Below are positions 10,939 to 24,095 of a stretch of 64,000 bases of DNA, piece by piece. The stretch comes from Schizosaccharomyces osmophilus (lineage: Eukaryota): the NCBI RefSeq assembly GCF_027921745.1, contig NC_079239.1, positions 682,001-746,000 on the forward strand. The letters are read 5' to 3'. How positions within the stretch are numbered: the first letter of the stretch is position 1; every line of letters begins with the position of its first letter. The notes beneath the pieces were generated by a model. The model did no database searches. It was not told the origin of the DNA and saw nothing but the letters and a program-made list of their open reading frames with translations. Both the position numbers and the translations under genes were made by a program.

Positions 10939-12300
10939 TCACATTATTACACATGCATTTTTGTCAGAAACCACACGTACGGAAGTGGAAGAAGGGCCAG
11001 AATATAAATCTTCTTCGTTCTCAAGCAACTTCTGTTTAATTTCCCGGGGAAAAAACGTCTTCATAAAATTTAATAATGCTTGGTCAATGTTGCGGGAATC
11101 AGCATCTAAAACATCTTCAGCACGACACAAAGGACATAAATTCACCTTCTGTCTTTGCAAAATAATTAAGCAATGCAAGCAAAAAACGTGCGAGCAACCA
11201 AGACGCACAGGTTTGTAGGCTATATTTGAACAAATCGCACATTCAAAATCTTGTAATTGTGGGATAATTGAAAACAACTTAGAATTTAAATTAAAGCAAA
11301 TGGCTTTTGCGACATCATCGGCAACAAGCAGCGGATCCGAATCAATAACTTTGAAAAACAATGGCTGAGCAGTAAGTGAAGTACGTTTATCAAACTTTTT
11401 CAGAATTTTCGTAACAGCAAGCTTGTTCATGCTCTGGAAAAAAGTCATTTTGAGAAGATTTCGATTCAGCTCTACAAATTGATTGTAAAGTATCCAGTCA
11501 TGATGCTTCGTTGAGGAAGGAAGACACCGAGCCTTCCGAACTTGTTGATCAAACCAGTTCAAATGGCGTTGAGCTAATTCTGGAGACCTCTCACGATTTC
11601 CTTCAACTTCCTTACTAGACATAAAAATGTCTGCGTCCAAGTATAGCTTAAAAATAGTCCTCCAACAATACAATGAATTGTAATGCTTTTTAGAGACAGG
11701 AGAGGCGGTCGAGGAAATATCATGAGTAAGATTATCAAAAGCGTTATGCAAAATTTTACGTTGTTGCTGCTGTAAATGTTCAACGTTTTGCAATTCCGTC
11801 GTAAGCTTTTTAAAAAACTCATGGTCGAAATTCAACAAGAGTTCCATTTGGTGAACCTCAGAATCCTTCGTATATGAATGAACTTGAGCAACCTTATTAT
11901 TAAGTATATGGTTACCATTTTGCTCGTTAATTTGAAAGGTTTGAGAAGTTGGAGAATGGAAGGAATTCGCAATATTGGAAGAAGCAGAAAGTTGCTTCAC
12001 CATTGAAGCTGCGAAATCATCGTCCTTCAACTTGTCAAAGTTGATATTCACAACAATTTTAGGAACGACAACATGACCCTCTTTAGCTAAAGAATAAGTC
12101 ATGGTGATGGCTCGCTGCTGTTCATCATCTGACGAAGAGATGAGACGACGAATCGTCTCAGAACTTAAGCCCAAAGACGAAAGTTCGTAAACAAACCGTT
12201 TGATGCATTTCTTGAGGGCTTTGTATTGAATGGCTGCATCGCTCCAGCCAGGAGGCATGTCGTTTTCCAAAGCACGTTGGAAGTTATGACCAAATTTCAT
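10939..12300 (-). CDS. pqr1: SPX-RING E3 ubiquitin ligase (phosphate homeostasis)
   Basis: N-terminal SPX motif MKFGH..YKALKKCIK and KILKKFDK; C3HC4 RING (CAIC...CSHVFCLHC...CPLC); ends in CVIM. Confidence 0.92.
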   Translation of the reverse strand: MKFGHNFQRALENDMPPGWSDAAIQYKALKKCIKRFVYELSSLGLSSETIRRLISSSDDEQQRAITMTYSLAKEGHVVVPKIVVNINFDKLKDDDFAASMVKQLSASSNIANSFHSPTSQTFQINEQNGNHILNNKVAQVHSYTKDSEVHQMELLLNFDHEFFKKLTTELQNVEHLQQQQRKILHNAFDNLTHDISSTASPVSKKHYNSLYCWRTIFKLYLDADIFMSSKEVEGNRERSPELAQRHLNWFDQQVRKARCLPSSTKHHDWILYNQFVELNRNLLKMTFFQSMNKLAVTKILKKFDKRTSLTAQPLFFKVIDSDPLLVADDVAKAICFNLNSKLFSIIPQLQDFECAICSNIAYKPVRLGCSHVFCLHCLIILQRQKVNLCPLCRAEDVLDADSRNIDQALLNFMKTFFPREIKQKLLENEEDLYSGPSSTSVRVVSDKNACVIM

Positions 12301-14693
12301 GGTAATGGTACAAATGAAAAAGCTCCAACAAAAAAAAGGATGGGGTTATGAAACCAGATATATCAGTGTATTTACGCAAAGATCAAACGGATTCGCCAAA
12401 GTATGATATAAGAACAAGAGAAATGTGAAAATGATAGCTTCTGGAATATAATAAATTAGAAAGTAACGCGTTCCGAATTTGATTCATGGAAGTAAAATAT
12501 GGTTAGACAGGCTTTTCTTTTTCACTAAGCACAGCACAACCGATTTGTACTATAAAGTGAAAAAGCACAACCGCAATATAAAACACAGGCAAACTTGTTT
12601 ATGAAACGGAAACGATATCAATTCTTTCCTAACAACAAATAGATTAAGGAACCGATTCCTCTTATACGAACTTGAAATTGATATAGAAGAAGAAAGAGGA
12701 ACTGTACCAATATCTCGGTAAAAAGAGATCAAAAACCGGTTTTCTTAATTACATAAATAATTAATTTTTAACATACAATAATTCCGGATGCAAAATCAAT
12801 GGTTATTAAGAAAAAATAATGAGTCCCTGAACAAAAAGTTTTTGGTAAAGGACAACTAGTGTCGTCGTAGGTATATCTTTGATATACAGTGGACGAAACT
12901 ATCTCTTCTCTAAGTGACGATTACCGACAAAAGCTAAGGCAATTTGTTATGTTACAATAACGACCTTGTGTTACATAGAGCTGGGTGTAAATAGTGCACT
13001 TCGTTATTTTGTGCAAATTATTTACCTAGGTCACAACTAGCGTATTGTATTTAGGCGTGTTTTTCCTTTTGTTTATTGTTTACGCGATAGAAAAACACAG
13101 TAAACGAAAAGGATTGTCGTTCAAACGTGGATAAACTGTGAATAGAGTGAAAACATCATAGAATTTTTTTTTTGAAGTGGTAATTGCATTTGCAGGTTTT
13201 TGATGAGCAGAACCCGCTAAAACATTGGCCAGTACAAGAATTTAGCCTGATGGTCTCTAATGAAAACTGGCTAATACGGAGACTTACTTGGTAGACAAGT
13301 TGTTTTTTTTTTTATATAACAAAATGGTAAATAAACAAAATCGTTTGGAAAGGTGTAAAAAGAGAACAAGTGTAATGCAAAGAATAACAATTGAGCTGAA
13401 AGGCCTTTCTTCTTTCCAGGCGGTGTCTCTTATGACTACAGTTGTTTAGCCAAAAAGCTTTTCCGGGGCGTCGAACGAACTTTCAACTTTATCCTTTTTT
13501 ATGTAGTTTCATGTTGTACCAAAGCATGCATCCAGTGTCCTTCACAAAATATTACGAACAAAAAGAATATTAGAGAATGTCTATCGTCTAATTTGTTTGT
13601 ATCATTTGATAAAACTCGTTTGACACAAAATAAAAGAAGTCAATAAAAAACTAAGTGACATAAGAAAGCTATTCCATCAAAATATTTGGGAAGCAGTCCA
13701 ATTGGCAACAGTAAATAGAAAAAAAAATATATATCTAATGAATGACTATTAGTTTTCGGTTCAACAATGATTCTGTGAAAGGCACTTTTGCTCATACTGT
13801 CGCATTCTTTCGTAATGCCTTACCGTTGAATTACAAATAACAATTGCTTCAACATGGATTTCGAAAGCTCTATGCGAAACAAGACGAACAAGGATACAGA
13901 TCCTAGCACAGATTCACACAAAATGAGATTAATCAAATTGATTGTTTATAGAAAAAGAATATGAGACCCTAAAAACTCGGTTGAGTGTATCATCTTTTGG
14001 TCCATTCGACGAAAAGCTATAGTGTTTCAATCATTGTTATAAAGAAACCCATGGATCTGTATCCTTGCTGCTTCTATTCCAGTATAATCATAGTATATAA
14101 TATAAGTTTTCTTGGATTCTTTAATAAACTGCAAATTGGTTAGCACATAAGCATCCAACGATATTCAGTATGAAATCATTACAAGCGTAGACGAAACCTA
14201 GCAAAGTAAGAAGACAAGAGCTTTCAACATGAGCATCACTATTGGTTTGAAAGATTAGATCAACGTTTCGTTTTCAGTTCGGCAATTCTACTACCACAGC
14301 TTTACTTATGGTTCCTTAACTCCATGAAAGCCTACGATCATATCGAACTCAATAGACTTGAACCAACACTCAACTAATGTTTTTGAATTGAGCGAATTGC
14401 TATTTTTTTTGTTTCAAAAGCGCTTTTTTTATCTCTTCTGTCTACACAATAACGGTTATCTACTACACCTTCGATAGAGACTACTCATTTTGTTTGTTAG
14501 ACACAGGCATTGAACGAAGCGACAAGAATTGGTAACTAAACGTTCTTTAACACTTCACTTCGCTTCTCTTATGCAATTACTTTCTATTTTCCTGATTACC
14601 GTTCAAACGTCAACACAAAGAAAATAGACCCTTATTAGATTTTGAATTTGTTTATCTATTTATTTTTCATTTGCAATTTACAGGATCGAAAAG

Positions 14694-15954
14694 ATGGCTA
14701 CATCTCTTGAGGATAAGGATTGTTATGAGATCCTTCAAGTGGATCGCGGTTCTACTTTACAGGAAATCAAAACAAGTTACAGGTATGAAAGAAAAAGAAC
14801 ATGATTGTGAGATTGTGCTCTCGTTTATTATTTATTCAAAGACTAGAACTAGGGAGAGGAGTTCGGTTGAATTTCTGGTTATACGTACTGACCCCTTTCT
14901 CTTGTATAGAAAGCTAGCTTTGCAGTATCACCCTGATAGAAATCCCAATAAAGAAGGATACGATGAGATATTTTCGACTATCAGTAGCGCCTACAACATA
15001 TTGTCAAACGAGGATAAACGAAGATGGCATGAAAAGGATTACACTAGGGACCAATACTCGGTGTTTACCGAAGAAATTCATGAGATGCAAACCATGCTAA
15101 CAACAGTCAAATTTGATGTATGGGTAAACTTCATAAACAGAATAAGATCAGATGAACAAACAGCAGGTACAAATGCTCAATGGCCAAGCTTGGGAGATTA
15201 TACCTGGTTATGGACACACACAAAGCCACTGTACCAGCGATGGCTGCGATTTTCTACAGCAAAATCTTTTGAATGGGAAGTTATTTACAATGATGAAGAG
15301 GAAACAGATCCTAGCACGAAACGACTAATGAAAAAGGAAAACCAAAAATGTATTAAATATTGTATCCTACAGTATGATGCAGCAGTTCGTGAACTCATTG
15401 CAACAATGTGTGAACTAGATCCTCGTCGTCAGAATGTAAAAAAAGTTTCAGATCCTGAACGTTATGAAACTTTGCAAGCTGCATCCCGTCAACAAAGCGA
15501 GCGCGATCGTCGCAAATACCAAGCTTCTTTGCAAGAACAATCCATTGCTTCATGGACAGTTGTGGACCAAGAATTGAACTGGAGCGAGGATGAAGATGAA
15601 GTTGAGGATAGAAATGAGTCTATTGACCTCACAGAAGCAGTAGACAATACTAATTGCTCCATGTGTAACAAACAATTTCGCTCACTACAGCAGCTGAAGA
15701 ATCACGAGAACAGTAAAAGGCACAAACAAATCAGTCGAAAAGCAAGAAAAAAACTAGAAAAAGATGCCAAACTTGCCTCTAAGTCGTCAGAGGTTTCTCT
15801 TGAAGCAGCACCGACGTCTCCTCACAAGGTGGGACCTTCATATAAAATATCCTCTAAAAGCGCAGAAGATCTTGAAAAAAGTTTCACGTTTATTGAGATG
15901 TCTGACGATGACTTCTTCACAGCCCCCGAAACTAGCGATGAAGAGGCATTCTAA
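14694..15954 (+). CDS. mug185: J-domain co-chaperone with C2H2 zinc finger (Jjj1 family); exons 14694-14782, 14910-15954
   Basis: A GTATGA..TACTGAC..TAG intron joins CYEILQV...SYR to [10 protein letters not shown]-terminal [13 protein letters not shown] finger. Confidence 0.88.
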
Positions 15955-16008
15955 ACATTCTTAGAAACCGACATTACCCTTCTAGTTTTAAAGGCGTGCT
16001 TTGATTGT

Positions 16009-16254
16009 TTATTCATAAATTTTATGACCAGCTCGCAAACCTTCGATCAACATTTGCAGTTTTCTTTGATCGAAAATTTCTTTTTGTCTCAGAGTATCCA
16101 ACTCTTCCGCAAACTCTGTTGTCAATTGCTCCATGTACTCACCTAAAGAAGGCTTTTCTAATTCTCTTTGACTCCCTAATTGGAATCCAGAACTTGTATT
16201 TGACTCAATCCCGTTGACTACTGAATTCGCAAGTTCACCTTCTTCTGCTGACAT
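16009..16254 (-). CDS. rsa3: Ribosome assembly protein Rsa3
   Basis: ATG at 16254, 81 aa; YMEQLTTEFAEELDTLRQKEIFD resembles the Rsa3 domain. Confidence 0.75.
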   Translation of the reverse strand: MSAEEGELANSVVNGIESNTSSGFQLGSQRELEKPSLGEYMEQLTTEFAEELDTLRQKEIFDQRKLQMLIEGLRAGHKIYE

Positions 16255-16485
16255 TTTTGGTTCTGTTTTCTTCTTAGAGATTATTAATATTTTAAAATTT
16301 AGTTGAAAACCTGGAGATCTCAAATGGTGTGGTTGGCTTACTTTTGAGGTGGTTAGGAAGATATCCTTTTATTTTCGTCCTCGCTAAACCCAGCTCTACG
16401 GTCGTTGTGGATTTTTGGGAATCTTCAGATTCTTTGTATCAATACCTACCAAACTTTTTAATAAATAACAAATATAAAAGAAAAA

Positions 16486-17469
16486 ATGTCGGTTTTAGAG
16501 CGACTTACTAACGCTGCAAAGGCGCTAGATGAGTCTTCAACAAAGTCTGACAAAGAGCCAGTTTTAGAGCAAAGAGAAGAAGAACCCCCGAAAATGAGTA
16601 AATCCGCAATGAAAAAGCTTCGTCGTCAACAGGAATGGGAGGCAGGCCGTGGAAAGCGAGCTGACATACGCCGGGAGAAAAAGAAGCAGAAAAAGGAAGA
16701 GAGAAAGCGCAAAATCAGTGCTGGCGAAAAGGTTCCTAGTCAAAAGAAAAAGATTAGGGAAGGAAAAGTGATACCTTCTGACATGCGTATCGTTTTGGAT
16801 TGTGGGTTTGACGAGTTGATGAATGAAAAAGAAATTGCTTCCTTGTGTCAACAGTTCACCAGATGTCACTCTGCAAATAGAACTGCTTTGCATCCGGCGG
16901 AATTCTATGCTACAAACTTTGGTGGCCGTCTGGAAGCCAGACAGGAATATGTCCTACGGGGCCAACAAAAGAACTGGAGCCGTTACCATCCCACACCAAA
17001 AAGCTATATGGAAGAATTCGCTGATGAGAAGGAAAAAATGGTGTATCTCTCAGCAGATTCGGATGAGACTTTGCACGAATTGAAAGAAGACGAAATTTAC
17101 ATTATTGGAGCCCTCGTCGATAAAAATAGATACAAGAATATCTGTGATGACAAAGCAAAAACCCAAGGAATTCGAACTGCAAAACTTCCAATTGGTGAAT
17201 ATATTCGCATGTCCGATAGAAAGGTCTTGACTGTAAATCACGTTTTCGAGATTTTGTCCTTATGGTTAGAACATCGTGATTGGGAAAAGGCTTTCATGGA
17301 AATCATTCCTAAAAGAAAAGGACTTTCTGCTTTAGATGAAGACAGTAGCAGAGAACAAAGTATTGAGGAGGAAAGTACTTCCGAAAAGACTGAAGAAGCT
17401 GAAGACGAAGCAAACACAGCGGATGGAATTGAGATGCCAGCCGAGAAGAGGATAAAGACCACGGAATAA
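16486..17469 (+). CDS. trm10: tRNA m1G9 methyltransferase Trm10
   Basis: SPOUT motifs YLSADS, YIIGALVDKNRYK, LPIGEYI, VLTVNHV and IPKRK. Confidence 0.95.
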   Translation: MSVLERLTNAAKALDESSTKSDKEPVLEQREEEPPKMSKSAMKKLRRQQEWEAGRGKRADIRREKKKQKKEERKRKISAGEKVPSQKKKIREGKVIPSDMRIVLDCGFDELMNEKEIASLCQQFTRCHSANRTALHPAEFYATNFGGRLEARQEYVLRGQQKNWSRYHPTPKSYMEEFADEKEKMVYLSADSDETLHELKEDEIYIIGALVDKNRYKNICDDKAKTQGIRTAKLPIGEYIRMSDRKVLTVNHVFEILSLWLEHRDWEKAFMEIIPKRKGLSALDEDSSREQSIEEESTSEKTEEAEDEANTADGIEMPAEKRIKTTE

Positions 17470-17652
17470 TTCTTTACTACGGGGAAATTTAGGGCTCTAT
17501 ATTTTTGTTCTGTCGTTTTGGAAAGTTAAATAATTAATAGAACTAAAAAGTAATGCGACTAATAAAGGTACTTTTATAAAAAGATTGATATTAATTTACA
17601 GTATTTAAAACAATTGAAAGAACCGGTAAATGAAAATAAATTGACGCATGCA

Positions 17653-19137
17653 TTAAAAATCTAGAGGGTCAGCCTTTCGTTTGTTATGTGTAGTGGATTT
17701 GAAGAGATTATTACTGAAAGATCTGAAATACGCTGTATAAGGATCAAGATCTGTGGAAACAGAGGCCGTAGAGGAGGCGGCGTTTGAATCTTCAACAGAG
17801 GATGGAGCAGAGGGAGGATCCTGTACAATATTCGATTGAGTAGCGGATTGTTGATCAAGCTGGTTTAACAAAGTATGTACAGTGGGAACATGGAGAGGGT
17901 TAAAGCTGTTCATACCATCAATATCAATAGGGACACAAACCCGTCCAGTTCCTGGGTGAACGCAAAAGGGAGACTTTAGGAGGTGGTTTAAGTGCTTGGA
18001 GACTTCGACATCTAATCTTGGGTATAGATATGTCAGGACGATGTCTTGTTTTGCATGTGCAATAACATTAGGAGAAAGGTCAAAATTTCCGGATGCAATT
18101 GCTGCATCAATGTCTGACCATTTCTTTATGCTAGCGCGTCCGGGATCCACCTCCCATTTTTTTCGGAGTGCAGAAGCTAATGGTTCACTAGGCAACAGTT
18201 TCAAAAGACTTTCTAAACCTTCTTGAGAAACCCATGGATCTTGGTCTTCCAACACGACCTTAGCAAAAACAGCCTTGAGAATGTCAAGAGAACGAGACAG
18301 ATGAGGATGCAGGGGGCGTTTTAAGTTATTGAGGATCCGTACACCACCTTGCGGATTTCCTGCAACAACTTGTAGATATCCAGCGATCATTTTTCGGGAA
18401 CGATCATCCATGGAACGAGCCGTCTCGTCACAAATCCAAGCGTGAATACCACGTCGACCAGAATAAACCCAGAGAATATGATTAAACCCAAAATCTTCAC
18501 GCAAAGCAACATCTATAATTTGGACAGCAACTGTAATGAAAGACCAGCACTTTTCACAAATGTTTGTTTTGGAGCAACATGTACGAACATCGTCGTAGTC
18601 AGTCATATCAATATCGAAAACCAATTCCTTTTGCAACGGGTGAAATGAGGCCTTCCTCAAAGTTTTTCTATCCCTTGGATTCATACTATACACCGGTCCA
18701 ATTTCAAATCTGCTTGGGCACATGCCAATGGCTTCTTTTTTTAATTCTTCCCAGGATTGAAATGACAGGTATCGCAGGTATGCATCATTTGGTAAAGTAA
18801 ATGCAAATTCTCGATTTGTAAAATCCTTTTGAGGAACAGGACCATGATTCAGCCATTGAAACAGTAACCGCCAAGGAAACAAATGGCGATAATACTGAAT
18901 CATGGTCTCAGGGTCAACGCTTTCTTGCTTTCTAAAGAAGAATGGTTAGCTTGCTCTGATACAAAACAAAAATAAGAATAGACAAAGCTCATCATGTACG
19001 CAAAAGTTATAGAAGAAAGACGCGCAGGGATTCATTTACTTGCCAAAACATTTCGCAACTTACACCGCATCCAAAGATCCATTTGCAATTAATTCATCCA
19101 GATCCTTGTCTTCAAGATCCTCTACAGCAACGGTCAT
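17653..19137 (-). CDS. spp1: DNA primase catalytic subunit; exons 19137-19064, 18931-17653
   Basis: Motifs KELVFDIDMTDYD, YSGRRGIHAW and HLLKSPFCVHP. A GTAAGT..GCTAAC..TAG intron restores the N-terminus MTVAVEDLEDKDLDELIANGSLDAVKQESVDPETM. Confidence 0.95.
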
Positions 19138-19540
19138 TCTGGGTTTTATTGTCAAAGTAAACAACCCAGTGTATAAGAAGGAAAAATACGTTTTTCATGA
19201 ATTGTACGAAAATAGCGTTGCTTACTGAAATACTGAATAATAAATAGAAACCTTGCGTTGTGTATTGGTATATTAAAATAACGAAGGTTTGAAGAGTACC
19301 TAATCCACTTTGAATGCTAAATACAATTCAATGTCAACAAAAAAGGTTGAAAGAACTACGTCTGTATATTTGGAGGAACGGAATGAGGAATGGTAGTTAA
19401 TTGATCAGAATTTTTGAAAACATAAAGAAAATCCATTGAAACGAATTAATAGAAGACCTGATAGTTTGCTGGGATCTTGAAGGAAACGGCTTTCATTGAT
19501 AGATTGTTTAAATAGCAGTTTGAAATTCCTAGGAAAAATT

Positions 19541-20737
19541 ATGTCTAATGAGCCATTGAACCATCAGCTTCAAAAACTCAAGATCCGGTTGAAAAATTGG
19601 GAACACGAGTTTTCGCATAATCAAAATCGGAAACCGTCGAAACAAGATGTGAAATCAAATCCTTCTATATGTAAGAATATATAAGAATAGCCATTTGGGG
19701 ATAAGAGCAGATTTGTTCAGCTAACTAAGTAGCCCTACTCTACAAGGAATACTATAAATTAAAGCAAAAGGTTGCTAGCGGTACTGACGAAACAACCAGT
19801 CTAAGAAAAAAAGATGAAACTCTGGAGCAACCAGAATTTCGAACGCCAACAAAAGTCCGAAAAATCGAGAAACGTTTATTTGAGCAGGAAACGCCAACGT
19901 CAAAACAACTTGAGGTGACACCCAAGAGCGCTGACAAAAGCTTGCTGGGACCCACTCCACAGCTTTCACGAAGGGTGATTAATATATTTGAAGATATTTC
20001 ACCAAACCCATCCCCGAGTGGGAAAACCCCCCAGACAGCAGAGACTTCTGTAATGAGCATCGCTGAAACTTCTATGCAGTCCATGACACCGACGACACCA
20101 TCCAAGCGGATACGTCCATCTGTAGATTTATCATCACCTTCTTCTGCCATTTTTGATACACCTACTACGTATCGCACAGAAGTGCCGTCTTCTCCAAACT
20201 TTTTGCGAGTCTCTTCACGGTGTCGGAAAAGCTTGAGCGAAATGATACAAGAACTAAAAGACATTGAAGACGATTACGGAAACGATGAAGAGAGAATTCT
20301 AGCAGAGGTGGAAGAAAATGAGAGTTCGTCCTCCTCAGACCCGGAGGAAAACCCTGCACAAGATTCCACGAGACCATTTAAGCGACGTGTTAAGAGACAA
20401 AATCGACTAGTGAAACGTATGTATTATGGTTTTATGACTTCCGTTTTTGCTAACATCTGTAGTACCTCCTTCAGTCAGTGCAGAAAAGAGCCATCTGGAT
20501 CGTATGCCGGAGATTGACGAGGAAGAAGAAGCCACAGCGAATGCCCCAGATCAAGAAGAAGAAGAAGAAGGAAATGTTGCCAGTTCGACTGAAAGACCCT
20601 CTTCGAAAAATGCAAAGTCGGAAGAATCCAAACGACGTTTAAAAAATGGACTTTTACTTGGAAAGCAAGTGAGCCAAAACTATTCGTCTTACAAACTCAA
20701 TCGAGGAAAAGGAAAGAATTTCCGTTCTCGAAGGTAA
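19541..20737 (+). CDS. drc1: Replication initiation factor Drc1/Sld2; exons 19541-19670, 19733-20416, 20463-20737
   Basis: N-terminal LKNWEHEF..NRKPSKQDVK..YKEYYKLK, many S/T-P CDK sites, LLGPTPQ; two canonical introns restore the frame. Confidence 0.9.
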
Positions 20738-20982
20738 GACGATGCTTTTTGGAATTCTATGGTTTTGTGATTCGTTACATGTTTTCAAACGTTTACAAAG
20801 GATCATGGTACTTGAAGATATTATATATTAGGAACTCTGAAGCGAAATAAGATTTATGGTTCTATATCATTACAATATTTTCATTAACATTCGATTCATA
20901 ATGAGGCCAAGCTCAATGTAACTGTTTCATGAAGGGTTTAATCCTATTATATATATGTTTCGTTTCTCAAGTATACCAAATA

Positions 20983-21054
20983 GCTCTTGTAGCTCAGTGG
21001 TAGAGCGCTTGCCTAGTAAGCAAGAGGCCCAGTGTTCGAGTCACTGCCGGAGCA
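20983..21054 (+). tRNA. tRNA-Thr(AGT)
   Basis: 72-nt cloverleaf; anticodon arm CTTGC-CTAGTAA-GCAAG, GTTCGAG T-loop, downstream T-run terminator. Confidence 0.95.
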
Positions 21055-21451
21055 AAACATTTTTTTATAATTTATATTTATAGTATTTTGGTTTCAAGAA
21101 AAGAAATTTTACGATCTGAACCGTGATAAATTCTTGATGTAAAAATCTGATACGGCCATAGAAAGACCTAGAATGGTGAAGAGGCGACGCGGTTGTACCA
21201 AGAAGGGCGGTCAACTTGGGATTGGCTCTGTTTGGTTCAATGAGAATACAAGCATAAAAATTTTAGTCTCCAATTCTTTTCCATGGCCCAATTCAAGAAT
21301 CAGAATCCTTTGAATCTATGGAAAGCTATTTCTGGCTTACCGCACTGCAAAGCGACATCGAAGAAGGATCTATAAGGAGAATTGTATAGTATTGGACGAC
21401 TGCTTCAAGAAACGTCTAGTAGATTTACACCTCCTAAACATAACCAATACC

Positions 21452-23347
21452 ATGTCTGGTATACCCAAACCTGGAAGTGGCTCGCCGGCCGCATCTGCTG
21501 GTTTATGGCATTCGGTTTCGACATTTGTACGAAGACATAGAGGTGCCGCATATGCCATCGGTGCTGTTGCAGTTTTTGCAACAGCCGGAGGAATTTACCA
21601 TGTGAAGCAGCAAAAGACTGCCAGAAAAGGAATTAGTTCCAGAAAATCTGAAAAGCAAACATCTGAAAAGCAAAAGACCGAAGAGGAGCCTGAATCTGGT
21701 AAAACAGAGGGTGACGAACAGGAAGATGAAAGAGTTGAAGACTCTAGCAAAGGCTCCGATGTAACAGCAGGATCTGCTGCTGCTGCTGCCGCCGCTGCTA
21801 AGAAGAAGAAGAAAAACAAGAAGAAGCTTAAAAATAAAAAGTCCGGTGACTCGACTGCCGAGAAAATTGCTACTGAAGAATCTGTGAAGTCTATGTCAAA
21901 GGAGGAACGTGCAAAGCTTGCCACTGAACTCAAGACTCTTGGAAATAAGGCTTATGGACAAAAGGAATATCCCAATGCTATTGACTTTTATTCCCAAGCC
22001 ATCACTTGTTCTCATGACCCTATCTTCTTTTCGAACCGTGCTGCTTGTTATTCTGCCATCGGAGATTTCGAACAAGTTGTTAAGGATACCACCGAAGCTC
22101 TCAAACTCGATCCTACATATGTCAAAGCTTTAAATCGTCGCTCTTCTGCTTATGAGCAACTCGAGAAGCTGGACGATGCTTTGATGGACAGTACTGTTTC
22201 TTGTGTTTTCGATGGTTTTGCAAACGAAAGCATGACCGCTACCGTTGAACGTTTGTTGAAGAAGGTTGCTGAAAAGAAGGCTGTTGCTCTCATGGCTGGA
22301 CGTCCTCCCAAACTTCCTGCTGCTAGTTTCATTCAAACTTACTTGGACTCTTTTCGCCCTCAATCTAAGCCCGACTTTAATGAAGAGTATGAAGGCGATC
22401 GTATTCTCAGCTCTGCTTACGACGCCCTCGATAACGGCGACTATCAGCTTGCTTACGATCAAGCCAAAAAGGCTGCCACCGTCGCTTGCTCCAGTGCACC
22501 TATCAGTGCCCGTGCTTACAACTTGATCGGTACCTTTAAATTTGTTTCTGGTGATTCTAAAGGATCTATGGAAGAATTTAATGAAGCCATCAATCTCGAC
22601 TCTTCTTTCATTCAACCTTATGTTCGTCTTTCTGCTGCCTATCTTGACGAAAACGACCATGATAGCATGTGGAACATTATGCAGAAGGCTGAATCTGTTA
22701 ATGATAAGGATTCCGATCTTTACTATCATCGTGCTCAGGTTCACTTTGTTTCTGGCGAATTTGCTGAAGCTATTGCTGATTACAATAAATCAATTGCTTT
22801 GGACGATTCGTTCATTTATAGTTACATTCAGCTCGGTGTTGCCCAGTACAAGATTCAAGCCTTGAACCAGTCCATGAAGACCTTTGAGGACTGCAAGAAG
22901 AAATTCCCTGGCTGCAGTGAAGTATATAACTACTTTGGTGAGATTCTTTTGGATCAACAAAAGTTCGCCGAAGCAGTTGAAAACTTTGATCGTGCTATCT
23001 CCATTGAGAAGAGAGAACGTTTGACAATTATGAGTGCTATGCCCTTAATTAACAAAGCTCTCGCTGTGTTTCAATGGAAGAAGGATATTAAACAAGCTGA
23101 AAGCTTGTGTCGTCAAGCCTTGTCTGCTGATCCTGACTGCGATATTGCAATTGCCAGTATGGCTCAATTTTTGTTGCAACAAGGCAAGGCTCAAGAGGCC
23201 CTTTCTTACTTTGAGCAATCGGCCCAGCTTGCTCGTACTGAAGCTGAAATGGTGAATGCCTTCTCTTATGCTGAAGCAACTCGCACACAAATTGCATTGA
23301 CAGAAAAATATCCTCAATTGGTAGGCCGTTTAAGTCAGTCTATGTAA
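21452..23347 (+). CDS. tom70: Mitochondrial import receptor Tom70 (TPR)
   Basis: First ATG at 21452. N-terminal TM anchor ([18 protein letters not shown]) and TPR repeats ([18 protein letters not shown]). Confidence 0.95.
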   Translation: MSGIPKPGSGSPAASAGLWHSVSTFVRRHRGAAYAIGAVAVFATAGGIYHVKQQKTARKGISSRKSEKQTSEKQKTEEEPESGKTEGDEQEDERVEDSSKGSDVTAGSAAAAAAAAKKKKKNKKKLKNKKSGDSTAEKIATEESVKSMSKEERAKLATELKTLGNKAYGQKEYPNAIDFYSQAITCSHDPIFFSNRAACYSAIGDFEQVVKDTTEALKLDPTYVKALNRRSSAYEQLEKLDDALMDSTVSCVFDGFANESMTATVERLLKKVAEKKAVALMAGRPPKLPAASFIQTYLDSFRPQSKPDFNEEYEGDRILSSAYDALDNGDYQLAYDQAKKAATVACSSAPISARAYNLIGTFKFVSGDSKGSMEEFNEAINLDSSFIQPYVRLSAAYLDENDHDSMWNIMQKAESVNDKDSDLYYHRAQVHFVSGEFAEAIADYNKSIALDDSFIYSYIQLGVAQYKIQALNQSMKTFEDCKKKFPGCSEVYNYFGEILLDQQKFAEAVENFDRAISIEKRERLTIMSAMPLINKALAVFQWKKDIKQAESLCRQALSADPDCDIAIASMAQFLLQQGKAQEALSYFEQSAQLARTEAEMVNAFSYAEATRTQIALTEKYPQLVGRLSQSM

Positions 23348-24095
23348 AATCGAGAAAAGTCTAGTGCTTACGTATAATTCGAATGTGAAAGATTGTATAA
23401 TTATAAAAAAGACCGTTTGATTAATTTGCAATCCTTGTTACGGATTTTTTCTATGATTTTCTCATGTGACATGGCTTTTGCTTGCTGCTACAAAAAAAGT
23501 ATGAACGATTATGTTTTGAAAATTGAGCAACTAATAAAACTCTCAAGTGCTTTCCTTGTATCAGGGAATTGAAAGAGTTTTGCGTTTGTAATTTGTTTTT
23601 CCAGTTTTTGGGTGATCTTTAATGAAGCCGATATTTGACCTAACCTTTGGTTTTTAGCGTAGCGTTGAAGATGTGATTAGAACATATAGCAAAGTAAGTA
23701 TTATTTTCAAAACAAATAATAATGAAGCTTAGAACGCTATAGCGTTTCCTTCAGAAGAAGAAAAAACACACCTACAAGTATTTATCTATATCAAGAAATT
23801 GACCCTCGTTAAAGCATTTACGGTATTGGAGTGAATAATAACGAAGCTAGAAAAGAAAATAATTCGTAGAGTACAAACGTTGTGTCTAAGGAATCTTCAA
23901 TCCACTGTATAAAAAATAAAAAAATCCGCGTTTCTATTTGTAATTTGTCGGTATTTTAGTTATTTTTGATCCTTTTTAGACTGCTCAATTAGCGAGCGAA
24001 CTCGTTTTTGGGAGATAGTTGGAATTAAGAAGAGTTGTAGGTATACATTGAGTTTTTTTTGTGAACCCATTGCGCTGAATGAGTCTTCTTTGAGG

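Noticed and set aside
21151..21171. TACGGCCATA..ACCTAG resembling the 5' end of 5S rRNA near tRNA-Thr
   Set aside because: Only ~10 contiguous matching bases and no downstream 5S similarity; compatible with chance.
21392..21451. TTG-initiated N-terminal extension of Tom70 in the ORF track
   Set aside because: Tom70 uses an N-terminal anchor after the ATG at 21452. The extension contains acidic residues and no targeting character.
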